Assembly: GCF_009914755.1 (NCBI RefSeq)
Contig: NC_060935.1
Direction: 5' to 3' (one strand)
Length of the DNA stretch: 64,000 nt
Source of the DNA: the human T2T-CHM13v2.0 reference genome, Homo sapiens
The notes beneath the pieces are model-generated. The model had not been told where the DNA came from. It searched no databases and was given only the letters and a program-made list of their open reading frames with translations. The translations under genes and the position numbers were made by a program. Each line of letters starts with the position of its first letter. Positions within the stretch are counted from its first letter, which is position 1. Of the stretch, positions 43,694 through 55,743 are shown in pieces.

Positions 43694-43753
43694 ATGGCAG
43701 GGGAGGGGCCTGGCCGAGCTCTGGTAGCCTGTGTGGCCAGGCCTCACCTGTAC

Positions 43754-43918
43754 CTTCTGGCCGGCGATCTCCGTGGGGCTGGGGGGCCGGGGTGGGGGGT
43801 GCAGATCGCCTGTGCTCATTACGTACTGGAGCAGGTTGACCAGCAGGGCACAGGAGTCGGCACAGCTGTGCACGTGTACCACATTGTTGGAGCAGCGCAG
43901 CTCGAATAGTGGCTGGCT
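43754..43918 (-). CDS. ATG2A: ATG2A exon 27 (SQPLFELRCS...EIAGQK)
   Basis: 165 nt; alternative donor 6 nt further (43748). Confidence 0.92.
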
Positions 43919-44525
43919 CTGCAGGGGCGGGGTGGGGGGAGCAGCTATGTGAACACAGGGGCCACTGCCTGCTGGCCCCACCCGCTCGCTGGGAGGGCAC
44001 CGCAGTTCTGATCCTGCCACAGGCAGAACAGGGATGGTCTCTCCTGGAGTGGATGACCTGCCCAGTAACTCCACTGAACAGATGAACAAACTGTTCACCC
44101 AGAGGGTGAAAGGGGCTTGGCCCAGGGCCATCCAAGGAAGCAGGAGTGTGCCCACCCACCCTACCCCACTCCCCGTGAAGGGCTCTGCATGCCTAGCGAG
44201 GCAGGGCAGGTTATCTCCATCTTACAGGAGATGAATCCGGGGACCTACAAAGGTGGCTGATTCCCAGGGCCTCGCTGGTGCCCTGGCTGCCGCGTCCTCT
44301 GGTGGCAGGGCTGAAACCCATTCATTCATTCAGCCAGCATCAAGGGACACCCCCACCAGGGCTGTACTATGGCCCTTTGCAGGAGGGGCGCTAACTGCAG
44401 CCCAGGAAGGGCAGGCATGAACTGTGTCCGGAGCCCAGGCACGTGAGGGAGCAGCAGCCCCTGAAGACTCCCTTGGCCCCTGCACCTGCTGTGGCTCCAG
44501 GAGCCAGAGTGACAGCCTCACTCAC

Positions 44526-44602
44526 CAGTTTGCCCTCGGTGCTCCCTTTCCAGGTTTTAATCACAAGTTCCAAGAGGTCAACATCCAAAACACAGACATA
44601 AT
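44526..44602 (-). CDS. ATG2A: ATG2A exon 26 (DYVCVLDVD...EGKL)
   Basis: AG/GT bounded, 77 nt. Confidence 0.95.
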
Positions 44603-44827
44603 CTGCAGCAGAGGCGAGAGAAAGGTCCTGTGGCCCCCTTCCACCCGGCCCCGGCCCCAGCACCTGGGGGAAGGATCCGGTTGATCCAGGTGTAGTCCCT
44701 GCTGTGCGGGCTACGTGTGGGAGCTAAGGACCCGGCCAGCAGCTGCGGGGAGACACCTGGCTGCTCTGGGTGTGGCCGGGGCGGTGGTCCCTCAGAGGGG
44801 AGGGAGCCCAGTCCCGGCCCTGCCCAC

Positions 44828-44898
44828 CTCGCCGCAGGTCCAGGGTCTCCACCTCACACTTGTCGGACAGGTACAAGGCGGAGTCATCGAGGATGAAC
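44828..44898 (-). CDS. ATG2A: ATG2A exon 25 ([13 protein letters not shown]...LRR)
   Basis: AG/GT bounded, 71 nt. Confidence 0.95.
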
Positions 44899-45201
44899 CT
44901 GGGGGGGAACAGGGCTGAGAAGGGCCCGGGCACCGCTGCAGGGGGCAGCTCCACGGGAGCCGAGCAGAGGGGTCCCAAGCCCACAGGAGGTGGTATGGAC
45001 AGGCCCCTCCAGCCTCAGCGTTCCTGCCTGCACAATGGGGAGAAGGCCCAGACAGCAGGCAGTGGGAAGCGGGCAGCACTTGCAGCTCTCAAAGTGCCTG
45101 CAGTTCCGACACCTCAATGGGGCCTCATGACAGTCCTGGGAAGGGGTGTCCATTTTTCTCCCTGCTGCATTTGTGGTTCTTCTAAAATAAGTCCTTATTT
45201 T

Positions 45202-45808
<607 letters not shown>

Positions 45809-45961
45809 TTATTTTAAGGGTAACATAATGAAAACTCCTTTAAGATATTTTAGAATAAAGAAAATAAAAATCATTCATCATTCCTAATCCCTAATTCTGA
45901 GAAAACCACCATACACATCTCCTTCCAAACTTTCTCTGCAGCTGCACGCCGAGACATATAA

Positions 45962-46392
<431 letters not shown>

Positions 46393-46805
46393 TCCATCTT
46401 CTTATATTTTGAAGGGATTCTTCAGCTTCACCTTAATCCCTGCATGGTTTTCTACCTACTAGGTGGGCCATGCTTATTTGCTCAGGTTGTGAGGCTTGTG
46501 ATTTAACTGATACGTTTTGGCTGTTTTAACTTATACTCCATAAGCATTAAATCCCACCTCTCTTATTCGCATATCCTAGGACAACCCTCAGACATGAGAT
46601 TACAGGTCAGAGAGCACAAATGCTTATAAGGGTCTCATCAGGAGGCTCCAACTGCCCTCTAGAAAGGCGGAAACAATCCACATTCCTGAGAATGAGACTA
46701 TCACCCGGGTGTACATTAAGACCGAGAGCACCAGAGGACACACAGCTGGCAGGCAGCTTCGGCCCGGCGAGGGTGGGATGGCCCAGTGTGGGGCGGCCTG
46801 CATAC

Positions 46806-46898
46806 CTGAGCAGGAAGGTGGAGGTGTCCATGATGATGTTGCTGGAGAGAGTGAAGGTCTCCGCGGTGATGAGGACACGCACTGGGAGGTAGAGTGGC
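46806..46898 (-). CDS. ATG2A: ATG2A exon 24 (PLYLPVRVL...TFLLR)
   Basis: AG/GT bounded, 93 nt. Confidence 0.95.
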
Positions 46899-46984
46899 CT
46901 GGGGGTGATACTCGGGCTGGGGCCGGCTCCTTACACCTGAGAGCCCATCCCCGTCCCCAGCCCCTGGCCCACCCAGCCTGGTAC

Positions 46985-47091
46985 CTATAGTCCACAGAGC
47001 AGGAGAACAGGTGTGTGTGCAGGATGGTGATGACCGTCGGGGGCAGGTAGCCCAGCACAGGGTCATCCAGCACGTCTAGGAACTCCAACAA
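46985..47091 (-). CDS. ATG2A: ATG2A exon 23 (LLEFLDVLDDP...SVDYR)
   Basis: AAG acceptor, GT donor, 107 nt. Confidence 0.92.
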
Positions 47092-47355
47092 CTTCAGAGG
47101 CCAGGGCAGGAGGAAGCAGTGAGGATCAGGTGGTGTCCTCCCTCCTCTAACCCCTCCCTGTCCTGGCCCCTGCCTGGCACCTCACCTTCTGCCCACTAGC
47201 TGTCTGCCACACCCCTTGCCCAGGAGCTCCGGACAAGGTCAGCTGTGGCCCAGTCCATGTTCCTCCCACCGGCCTCCTCCCACCTAGAGACCTGCTTGCC
47301 CAAAACAGAAGTCCAGAGTCACTGGGCCATGTGGCTTCCCACCACCCACGCTCAC

Positions 47356-47436
47356 CTGGGAATGCCAGCTCTGCTCGGGCAGGGCCATGTAGTGGCGCAA
47401 GGTGGCTTTGTGCAACCGCAGTGTCACCAGGAACTC
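47356..47436 (-). CDS. ATG2A: ATG2A exon 22 (EFLVTLRL...SWHSQ)
   Basis: AG/GT bounded, 81 nt. Confidence 0.95.
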
Positions 47437-47476
47437 CTGAGGGTGGGGGCGCAGTCAGGGCAGTGGGGAGGCCAGC

Positions 47477-47530
47477 CCCACCGTGCACTGGGGCCTCACC
47501 GCGCACTGGGGTCCCACCGCACACCGGGGC
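47477..47530. repeat. 3 x 18-bp degenerate tandem repeat in ATG2A intron 21
   Basis: CCCACCGTGCACTGGGGC / CTCACCGCGCACTGGGGT / CCCACCGCACACCGGGGC. Confidence 0.85.
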
Positions 47531-47576
47531 TGCAGCCCAGGCTAGCAGGAGGGGTGGATGGTAGGCAAGCCCATAC

Positions 47577-47776
47577 CTTCACATTCTTGTGGGGGTCCAG
47601 GTGGATGCGCACAGCAGTGGACAACATGTGGGGTCCCCGGCCCTGGCCCTTGCGGCCCGAGGCTCCCCGCTCGGTCACCCCTTCCTCCGATGGGTAGATG
47701 GTTGGGGCCAGCTGAGCCGGGGGAGCGAAACTGGGAAGGTCCAGGTGACTGGGCAGCGGGTAGTCATCCACGGCCG
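47577..47776 (-). CDS. ATG2A: ATG2A exon 21 (AVDDYPLP...HKNVK)
   Basis: AG/GT bounded, 200 nt. Confidence 0.95.
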
Positions 47777-47907
47777 CTGGGGAGGGGTCTCATGAGCCCC
47801 CTGCCAAGCCAACTGGCTACCCACTCCACCCAGGGCCCACATCCGTCCTGAAAGCCCTCCACCCCCAACCCTGGACCCCAGTGGTGACCTGCCCCCAGGC
47901 CTCACAC

Positions 47908-48058
47908 CTCGGTGGTAGAGTGTTGCCTTTTCAGCTTCCAGACAGAAGTAGCCAAGTCCTGGCTGGCCACAGTACTGGGAGACGCTGAAGAGGGTACCGT
48001 GCTCCATGTCCAGCACCAGCTCCCCGTGCACAGCCTCCAGCCGCTTCCCACCCTCATC
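47908..48058 (-). CDS. ATG2A: ATG2A exon 20 (DEGGKRLE...TLYHR)
   Basis: AG/GT bounded, 151 nt. Confidence 0.95.
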
Positions 48059-48497
48059 CTGCAGAAGGAGCACACAGCCTGGCTTCCCCAGCTGCACTCA
48101 GCAACCCTCAAGCCCTCTGGGGGTTGGCGGCTCCTGGAGCCCTGGCCTAAGGGGGTCAGCTCCAGTTTCCACCATGGACGCTGCTGGAGGCCCTGGATGG
48201 CACTTGCCTCTTTTGCCAGGAGAAAAATAATCTCTGCCGGGTCTGCCCGCTCGGAGTGGGAACAGTGGGTGCTCCATGCCCATCCCGACCCCTAGCATGG
48301 TGCTTTACATACAGCAGGGGGTCAGAAGGAGCTGATGGGCTGTGACAGGGTGGGCAGGCTGGCGTGGGTGGGCTGGCGCTGCCCACTCAGGCCTCCTGCT
48401 CTCCACATTCTTGACCTGGAGCTGCTCGCGCTGGTCTTGCTCTGCCGCCAATGGGAGCTCTGAAGTTTGGGGCCCGCCTGCCCGGGGCTGCACTCAC

Positions 48498-48682
48498 CTT
48501 GGTCTCACAGAGGGCTGTGATCCGCCCCTTCAGCACTGTCACCAGTGTAGAGAAGGTGCTCTGCAAGTGAAGACTTGGGGCCTCAGGGGCAGCGGCCTGT
48601 GGGCCACCTGATGCCCCCACTGAGAAGAAGTGGGCATCCTCGTCATCCGAGTCCGAGTCTGGGGTGAGATCAAAGCAGTTGG
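48498..48682 (-). CDS. ATG2A: ATG2A exon 19 (ANCFDLTPDSDSDDED...LCETK)
   Basis: 185 nt; alternative in-frame acceptor at 48658. Confidence 0.9.
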
Positions 48683-48767
48683 CTGGGAAGGAGACCGCGA
48701 AGGGCTAGCCTGGCCCTTCCCAGACCTGGGGGTCCTCCCTCTAGCCCAGCGTTAGCACCTCTCATAC

Positions 48768-48907
48768 CCAGCTTGAAGGCTGACTTGCACATCTTAAAGC
48801 TGTCGTGCCAGAAGCCTGAGGGGCCGGGGAAGCCCGAGGGCTGGGCGGCGGGGTCGGGGGTGGGAAGCAGATCTGCAGGCTCCCACATGAGCAGGTCGTT
48901 GTTGATC
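48768..48907 (-). CDS. ATG2A: ATG2A exon 18 (INNDLLMWEP...SAFKL)
   Basis: AG/GT bounded, 140 nt. Confidence 0.95.
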
Positions 48908-48990
48908 CTGAGATAGGCGGGTGGACAGCAGGTAAGGGAGGCCAGGCCCACCCAGTGTCCAGTCCCGCCCTGCTGGCCCCGGGTCTCCAC

Positions 48991-49133
48991 CTGTTGTAGA
49001 TGCTCTCGTAGACCTCCTTGCTGGGCAGAAAGATGTGGACACTGGGCAGGATCACTTCCAGGCTGCAGCGGGACAGTGCCAGGGTCCGGCTCTGGAACGT
49101 CCTCATCTCCTCAGGGTCTCCAGGGATCACCAT
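48991..49133 (-). CDS. ATG2A: ATG2A exon 17 (MVIPGDPEE...SIYNR)
   Basis: AG/GT bounded, 143 nt. Confidence 0.95.
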
Positions 49134-49378
49134 CTGGACAGGGTGAGGTGGAAAGAGCAGGAGAGTCATCTTAGAGACGCTGGCTGGGGCCTGTCTCTGG
49201 TCTCAGTCCTGCCCTCCTGTCGTTCATCATTCATTCATTCATAGGAGCCCTTCTCTACTGGGGATGCATGATAGCCGTACAGATACAGTGCTGATGGCAC
49301 ACCTGTGCTGTTCTAAGGGCTTCAGGTATGTTAACTTCTTTCATCCTCACAACAGGCCTGTGACACAGGTTATGGTTA

Positions 49379-49911
<533 letters not shown>

Positions 49912-50233
49912 TCACCAAGTGGCAGAGCCTGGCCCTTAACTGCCTTTCTAAGTGTACAGTGCTGATCCACGGGTCAGGTGGGGCAGGACCTGATCTTTCC
50001 AATCGAGGACCCATGCTCCCCAGGGGCCTGCCCTCACCAGTGCCGTTTCAGAAAGACTCTCTGACTGGCTGGAAAGAATGGAAGAGCCGAAATCCTCACT
50101 GGTGTTGGGTCAGCTCATGCCCACCCCAGGTGGTCGTGCTGCCCTGGCCCACAGCCACACAGGTGGCTCCTACGGCAGGAACCCGGGCGGTGGGCGGGAG
50201 GGGGTCCTGGGAAGAGGTGGGGCCAAGTCTCAC

Positions 50234-50393
50234 CTCCTCTGTCTCATACATGGTCCTCTTAGAGGAGAAGGGCGAGGGCTCAGGTTCCCGCAGCTCACAG
50301 GGACTCTCCACTGACAGCTCCAGTTCCTCTCCCTTCTCCGGGGCCACCTCCCACTGTGTGCTGCTGGACTGGGGGTTCACAGTCACCACTACC
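50234..50393 (-). CDS. ATG2A: ATG2A exon 16 (VVVTVNPQ...MYETEE)
   Basis: AG/GT bounded, 160 nt. Confidence 0.95.
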
Positions 50394-50513
50394 CTGCCGG
50401 GGCACAGGCCTGTTACTGGCCTGCAGGGCCCCCGGCACCCAGTTCCAAACTGGCCCCCTGCCACCCCCAGCAGAACCCTCCTCTCCTGGGCCCAGTCCAG
50501 AGCCCCTACTTAC

Positions 50514-50610
50514 TGGGGCAGGAAGTACTTGCGCCCAGTGCTCTTGGGGTCCAGGGCTTTGGAGACACGCAGGCAAGGGACAGGTGGCTTCCCTCCATCT
50601 TCATAGATAC
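50514..50610 (-). CDS. ATG2A: ATG2A exon 15 (GIYEDGGK...KYFLP)
   Basis: AG/GT bounded, 97 nt. Confidence 0.95.
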
Positions 50611-50923
50611 CTGGAGGGGGATGGGGAATTAGGGGGGTCATCACTGCTGCCTTTTCCTATTTCTTCCCCAATGCCCAGGTCGGCTCAGAGCTGTGCCCCC
50701 GACTCCACACACACCTTGGTGGGCAGAGAAAGCCAGAGACAAAGGGTCCACCCTACTTGTCGGTGAGGAGGCCGGGGACAGGCAGTGCTGGGACCCCAAG
50801 AGCTGGTAAAGGCCTGGGCCAGGGACTGCTCGGGTTGTGACTGGGCCCCTTCCATAGCCCCAAGCCCATCTCTCCCAGAAGCCAGGCCTCTTGCCCCAAG
50901 TTCTGTCACTCGGGGGCTCTCAC

Positions 50924-51167
50924 CATGTAGGTCGGAGCAGGTGAGTTCCAGGTGGGTGGGGACTGGGGGACCAGGCCCACTGCTAAGCTCTGACCGGAAC
51001 TGGGGCTCACTCAGCTCCAGCCGAAGCTGCTCAGCCCGCACGGCCTGGCCCGCCCAGGGGTCCCGCTCAGGCCGCAGGTCGGCAATGGGGAAGCGCAGCC
51101 GCAGCGTGGCCCGGGGTGCAGAGAGCCGAAATACCGTCTGCTGCTCCATCGCCGGCAGGGGCTCTGT
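50924..51167 (-). CDS. ATG2A: ATG2A exon 14 (TEPLPAMEQ...CSDLH)
   Basis: AG/GT bounded, 244 nt. Confidence 0.95.
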
Positions 51168-51282
51168 CTGCAGGAGGATTGGGGGTCAGAGCAGCCGTCG
51201 GAGCCCCTCCCACTGTGACCAAGAGCCGAAGGACCCAGGCCCTGCACCCACCCCCGGCCTGGCCCTGGCAGGGGCCTCTCAC

Positions 51283-51438
51283 CAGCAGGCCGGCTGGAGG
51301 CTCAGCAGGTACGGTGGCCAGGCGCAGTAGGGCGGCCAGCCGGTCCAGGGCCCCCAGCTCCACGTCCGCCTGGAAGTTGGCCAGGTCCAGGGCCAGTTCT
51401 GAGTGGCAATGGCAGGCAACTGAGCGCCGGGGTCGGCT
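51283..51438 (-). CDS. ATG2A: ATG2A exon 13 (SRPRRSVACH...PAGLL)
   Basis: AG/GT bounded, 156 nt. Confidence 0.95.
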
Positions 51439-51858
51439 CTGAGGGCGAGGGCGTTCAGGTCAGTGAGGGCTGAGTGGTACTCAGCGGGTGGGACAGGAAG
51501 GCCCTCTCTGGTAGTGGGAGAAGAGCTGGGGCAGGGGCCACGAGAGCACTAAGAAGGCCTGCCCCACCTTTGCCCGACGCGCACAATGTGCTTGTTTACT
51601 TATAAAAGCCACCCGACATGCGCCACTCTTAGCAACAGAGGCCAGCCAGGGGGCCATATTGAGATAGGGCAAGGGCATGACCAGGCTCAGAGACTGGCAT
51701 AGGAAGGGCCAGGCAGGTATTTGAGGGCCCCAGCATGGAGAGATGTGGAGCACAGGGGAAGAGGGACAGGGCTGGGCAGCAGAGGAGGCCCTGGCAGAGG
51801 CCAGGGTGGGGTCAACACGCCATGGGGACAGCCTGGTGGCCTGGAGCGGGTGGGTTAC

Positions 51859-51951
51859 CTTAGGCACACGGCGCAGGATCTGTGTGTGGCGCAGATGGGC
51901 GCAGGGCCGAGCTGAGGCCTGGGAGCCCAGCGTACCAGGAAAGGTCAGGAT
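51859..51951 (-). CDS. ATG2A: ATG2A exon 12 (ILTFPG...RRVPK)
   Basis: AG/GT bounded, 93 nt. Confidence 0.95.
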
Positions 51952-52049
51952 CTGGGATGGGACCCGGGAGGCACACAGGGTCAGGCCTGGCCCCACAGCC
52001 ACCCAAACCTCCAGACCCCGCCTCGTACACATTCTGCCTCTGCCCTCAC

Positions 52050-52197
52050 CTCCGTGTACTCAGGCTCAGAGGTGCCCCGGGGCCACAGACACTCCAGCAC
52101 CTCCAGCTGCCCGAAGTGCACTTCCATGCTGGTTGTCCGCCGGCCCCGACTGCCCGTCCGCAGCTCCCAGGACAGCTGCACGGCTGTGCCCGTTAGC
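52050..52197 (-). CDS. ATG2A: ATG2A exon 11 (LTGTAVQL...PEYTE)
   Basis: AG/GT bounded, 148 nt. Confidence 0.95.
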
Positions 52198-52280
52198 CTG
52201 CGGGGAAGAGGACAGGCGTCAGAAGGTGCACTTAGGGGGCTCTGATGGTCTCTCCTCAGGCCCTGGCCTCGGGCTTATAC

Positions 52281-52518
52281 CGAACATGGCTACAGGGACA
52301 GGCCCTCTGGAAGCGTGGTCGAAGGTGATGGAAGTCTCGGGAACCGAAGGGCCCATCCTTGGTGGCATCAAACTCGGTGAAAAAGTGCGTGGCGAGGTCA
52401 GGTGGTCCGGAAGATGGGGCAGACGTCTGAAGCAAGGTCAGGGTCACACCCCCCAAGGTCATCTTCAGCAGCGAGTCAGGGCGCATGGTGTCCAGGAGGG
52501 GGTTGGGGGCCATCTTGC
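52281..52518 (-). CDS. ATG2A: ATG2A exon 10 (GKMAPNP...CSHVR)
   Basis: AG/GT bounded, 238 nt. Confidence 0.95.
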
Positions 52519-53084
52519 CTGAGGGGACAGAGGCTTCAGCAGGGGCTCCCAACAGATTCCGGGTACCCCAGGTGGAGCAATAGTTTGCCACCAGGCTGGG
52601 GGTTGGGAGGCCAGGTCTGCCCCACCATGTGGCTCTGGCAGAAGGCTTGGTCAGGCAGGGGTGACACTGGTGCCTCCAGTAGACCAGGCCCTCTGCCCAG
52701 GCTCAACTGAACCCTCCTCAGGGTGCTGGAAGGACAGGATGTGATAAAGCACCCAGCCTAGCACCCACACACAATAAGCTCTCAATAAACATGAACCCAG
52801 ATATACAGCCTGGCAAAGGCTGATCTCACCCTTCTCTTCCTATGGAAGAGGAAGCTGAGTCTCAGAGAGTTCAAGTGCTTGACTAAGATCAATGACTGAA
52901 AAACCTAGGCTCTGTCCACTCTATCACCAGCTCCCACCTTGTTTGGTCCCCAGGGAACCAAGTCACAGATGGTAGATATCCAGGCATCGCTGGGGATTTC
53001 CTGTGTGCCTCTGACAGCCCACGGCACTAAGGCCTCTTCCAGTCCTTCCTGTCCCTGGAGTACCCCCAGGGTGCTCCAACTCAC

Positions 53085-53225
53085 CAGCTGGGTGGGCCTG
53101 GGCAGAGAGCCGGCGGGAGGCCATGTCGCTGCGCACAGAGGAGGCCAGGTCTACATCGGAGAGGGAGAGCTCAGAGAGGGCTGAGGCCACACTGCTTGTG
53201 AGGCCAGCCATGGAGAAGAAGAGGT
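53085..53225 (-). CDS. ATG2A: ATG2A exon 9 (DLFFSMAG...QAHPA)
   Basis: AG/GT bounded, 141 nt. Confidence 0.95.
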
Positions 53226-53327
53226 CTGTGGGTGAAGTGAGGAGTGTCAGGGACAGCCGACCCCAGCCCCTAGGCTGCTGCACCCACACTAGCTGCCCCT
53301 CCAACCACGGTCTGACCCCACACCCAC

Positions 53328-53492
53328 CAGTGTTATCCAGGTTGAGAAGGGGGTTGGTAAGGGGGTCTGGGCTGAGGGGCTCAGCCACTGCCCCTGCCTG
53401 CAGCTGCTGGTTCAGGTCCTGCTCAATCAGCCACAGGTCTTCGGCACCTAGCGGGCGGCTCTTGTTCAGCTTGTCAGCCAGGCCCTCGTGGT
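53328..53492 (-). CDS. ATG2A: ATG2A exon 8 (DHEGLADK...NLDNT)
   Basis: AG/GT bounded, 165 nt. Confidence 0.95.
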
Positions 53493-53569
53493 CTGCAGGG
53501 GAGGAGACTTCAGTCTGGGCTGGCTGGCCCTCCCAGCCACCCCACCCCCATGCCACCCAGGGGCCTCAC

Positions 53570-53666
53570 CTGTAAGGCTCACGGCGCTGAGCAGTTCCTG
53601 AAGTTGCTGGAGCTGCCTCGGGGTCAGGAGCAGGTGCAGGGAGCCCAGCTGTCCCGCCACCTCCAA
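53570..53666 (-). CDS. ATG2A: ATG2A exon 7 (LEVAGQLGSLHLLLTPRQ...VSLT)
   Basis: AG/GT bounded, 97 nt. Confidence 0.95.
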
Positions 53667-53794
53667 CTGGGGGCCAAGGAGGCAGCCATGGAGCCTAGGC
53701 CCACCACCCAGCTCCTCTAAGAGCTACCACCCGCCTGCCCTCGCCCTGGGAAAGCAGGATGCTGGCTACCAAACTAAACTCTGTTACCAACTAG

Positions 53795-54151
<357 letters not shown>

Positions 54152-54280
54152 TAGCTGCCAAGAAGGAAGTAAATCCCCCACTTGACATCCCCACTGTGGG
54201 CTGTAGATAATCAGCCTTGCTGAGGAGGAGGAGTCTTGAGATGGGGTACTCACCCCCTCCCCAGGGGCCTGGGGACCCAC

Positions 54281-54379
54281 CTTGGGGCCAGGGAAGGCCT
54301 CATTTTGCTTCAACTTCACCATCAGCTCCATGTACCCTGAGCAGCTGCCGATCTGCAAGGGGGGCTCTGGAGGCTCTTC
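54281..54379 (-). CDS. ATG2A: ATG2A exon 6 (EEPPEPPLQIG...FPGPK)
   Basis: AG/GT bounded, 99 nt. Confidence 0.95.
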
Positions 54380-54508
54380 CTGGGAGACGGGAGGATACAA
54401 GAGGGAAAGGTTGAGAAAATGGAGTCAGAGATGGTCAGAAAGGATGGGAGGGGCTCAATGGGCTCAAGGGAGAGGAGACAGGGGCTGTGGGAATCAGAGC
54501 CCGCTCAC

Positions 54509-54644
54509 CTGTGCCGGGAGCTCCTCGTAGTGCAGGCGGACCCCTGCCAGCTGCAGCAGCTTGTGCAGGAAGGCAGGCGGCTGATGCACATCCACCGGCG
54601 GCGCCTGGCTTGGGTCCCGCACTGCCTCATCACAGTACTCCAGT
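54509..54644 (-). CDS. ATG2A: ATG2A exon 5 (LEYCDEAV...ELPAQ)
   Basis: AG/GT bounded, 136 nt. Confidence 0.95.
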
Positions 54645-55063
54645 CTGGAGAGTGTAGGGTCAGCCCGTGCCCTGGCCACCCCAGGCCTGGAGCCCCTCTC
54701 TCCACACAGTGCTCTGCTCTAGGGGCACGGGGTCAGGGAGCCTAGCCTGCAGAGCTGCCCCATCACACCTAGGCCGTCCTGAACCACCATGTCCAGCCCG
54801 GAGGCTCAGGCCAGCCCTTGCTCCTCAGACCCTCAGCATCTAACTTGGTTCTTGGGGCCTCGGCCACTCTGGGCCTGTATCACCTGGCCTCTGGACACCA
54901 GTCCGGGCTCACGATGCAGCCCACCTCCCCAACCCTACCACCACCGAGGCCCATCCAGATCCACCCTGCCTCTTCCCAGGAACCTAGGCTGCGGGTGGGG
55001 ACCATCCAGCAGCCCCCACTCCCCATCTTCACACCAGTCCACCCCAGATCGGCCTGCCCTTAC

Positions 55064-55166
55064 CTCTGCACACGGACCTCGACGGCCACACCACGTTCCC
55101 CATCACCCGGAGAGTGCTCCACCCTCACGACAGTGTCCAGGAAGGTCACTTTGATCCTCCGAAGCA
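55064..55166 (-). CDS. ATG2A: ATG2A exon 4 (VLRRIKVTFLDT...VRVQR)
   Basis: AG/GT bounded, 103 nt. Confidence 0.95.
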
Positions 55167-55323
55167 CTGAGGAGTTGGGGAGGGGTCTCAGGTCAGGTAG
55201 AGCAGCAAAGGGGAGGCAGAATTTCCCATCTGGGCACCAGGGTGGCCGTGCCGTTGTCTGGAGCCCCTGTTCTGTGTGCCACTGAAGGGCAGGAGACAGG
55301 GCGGCCAGGAGGGGCCTGCTCAC

Positions 55324-55476
55324 CAGTCTCAATGGTCTGGGCAAACATCTCCAGCCCCTCCAGGGGCTGTGGTGGCTCAGAGGGCTCCGGTAGCCCATCC
55401 CGCAGACACTCCTGGGCCAGCTGCAGGCTTGTGGTCATGCATGAGGCCCAGCTCTGTGAGTCGGCAGCCCCTGGCG
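55324..55476 (-). CDS. ATG2A: ATG2A exon 3 (APGAADSQSW...QTIET)
   Basis: AG/GT bounded, 153 nt. Confidence 0.95.
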
Positions 55477-55580
55477 CTGTAGGGAGAAACAGGGTCTCAA
55501 GGCAGGCAGGCCCAGTCAGGTCCTGGACGCCCCAGCCCACTCTCCCCACTTGCCTGCCCCCAGCCTCGCCCTGCCCTCAC

Positions 55581-55743
55581 CTGGACCCCGGCGGGGCTGC
55601 AAGGTGAGCTGGAGGCCGGACACGCGCACTGTGCAGTGGTCGGTGAGCAGAGCAGCCCAGGGCACGGCCACCTCGATGGAGCCCACGAAGCCTTCCACCA
55701 GCTCCAGCGGTGACTCCATTGACTCCAGCACCTCGTTCACAGA
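55581..55743 (-). CDS. ATG2A: ATG2A exon 2 (SVNEVLES...PRRGP)
   Basis: AG/GT bounded, 163 nt. Confidence 0.95.

Noticed and set aside
50600-50615. GTATCT at the start of ATG2A exon 15 as a U12 or recursive donor
   Set aside because: Does not match GTATCCTT and the reconstituted site is weak
51743-52522. 259-aa plus-strand ORF
   Set aside because: Antisense shadow of GC-rich ATG2A exons 10-12; no recognisable domain
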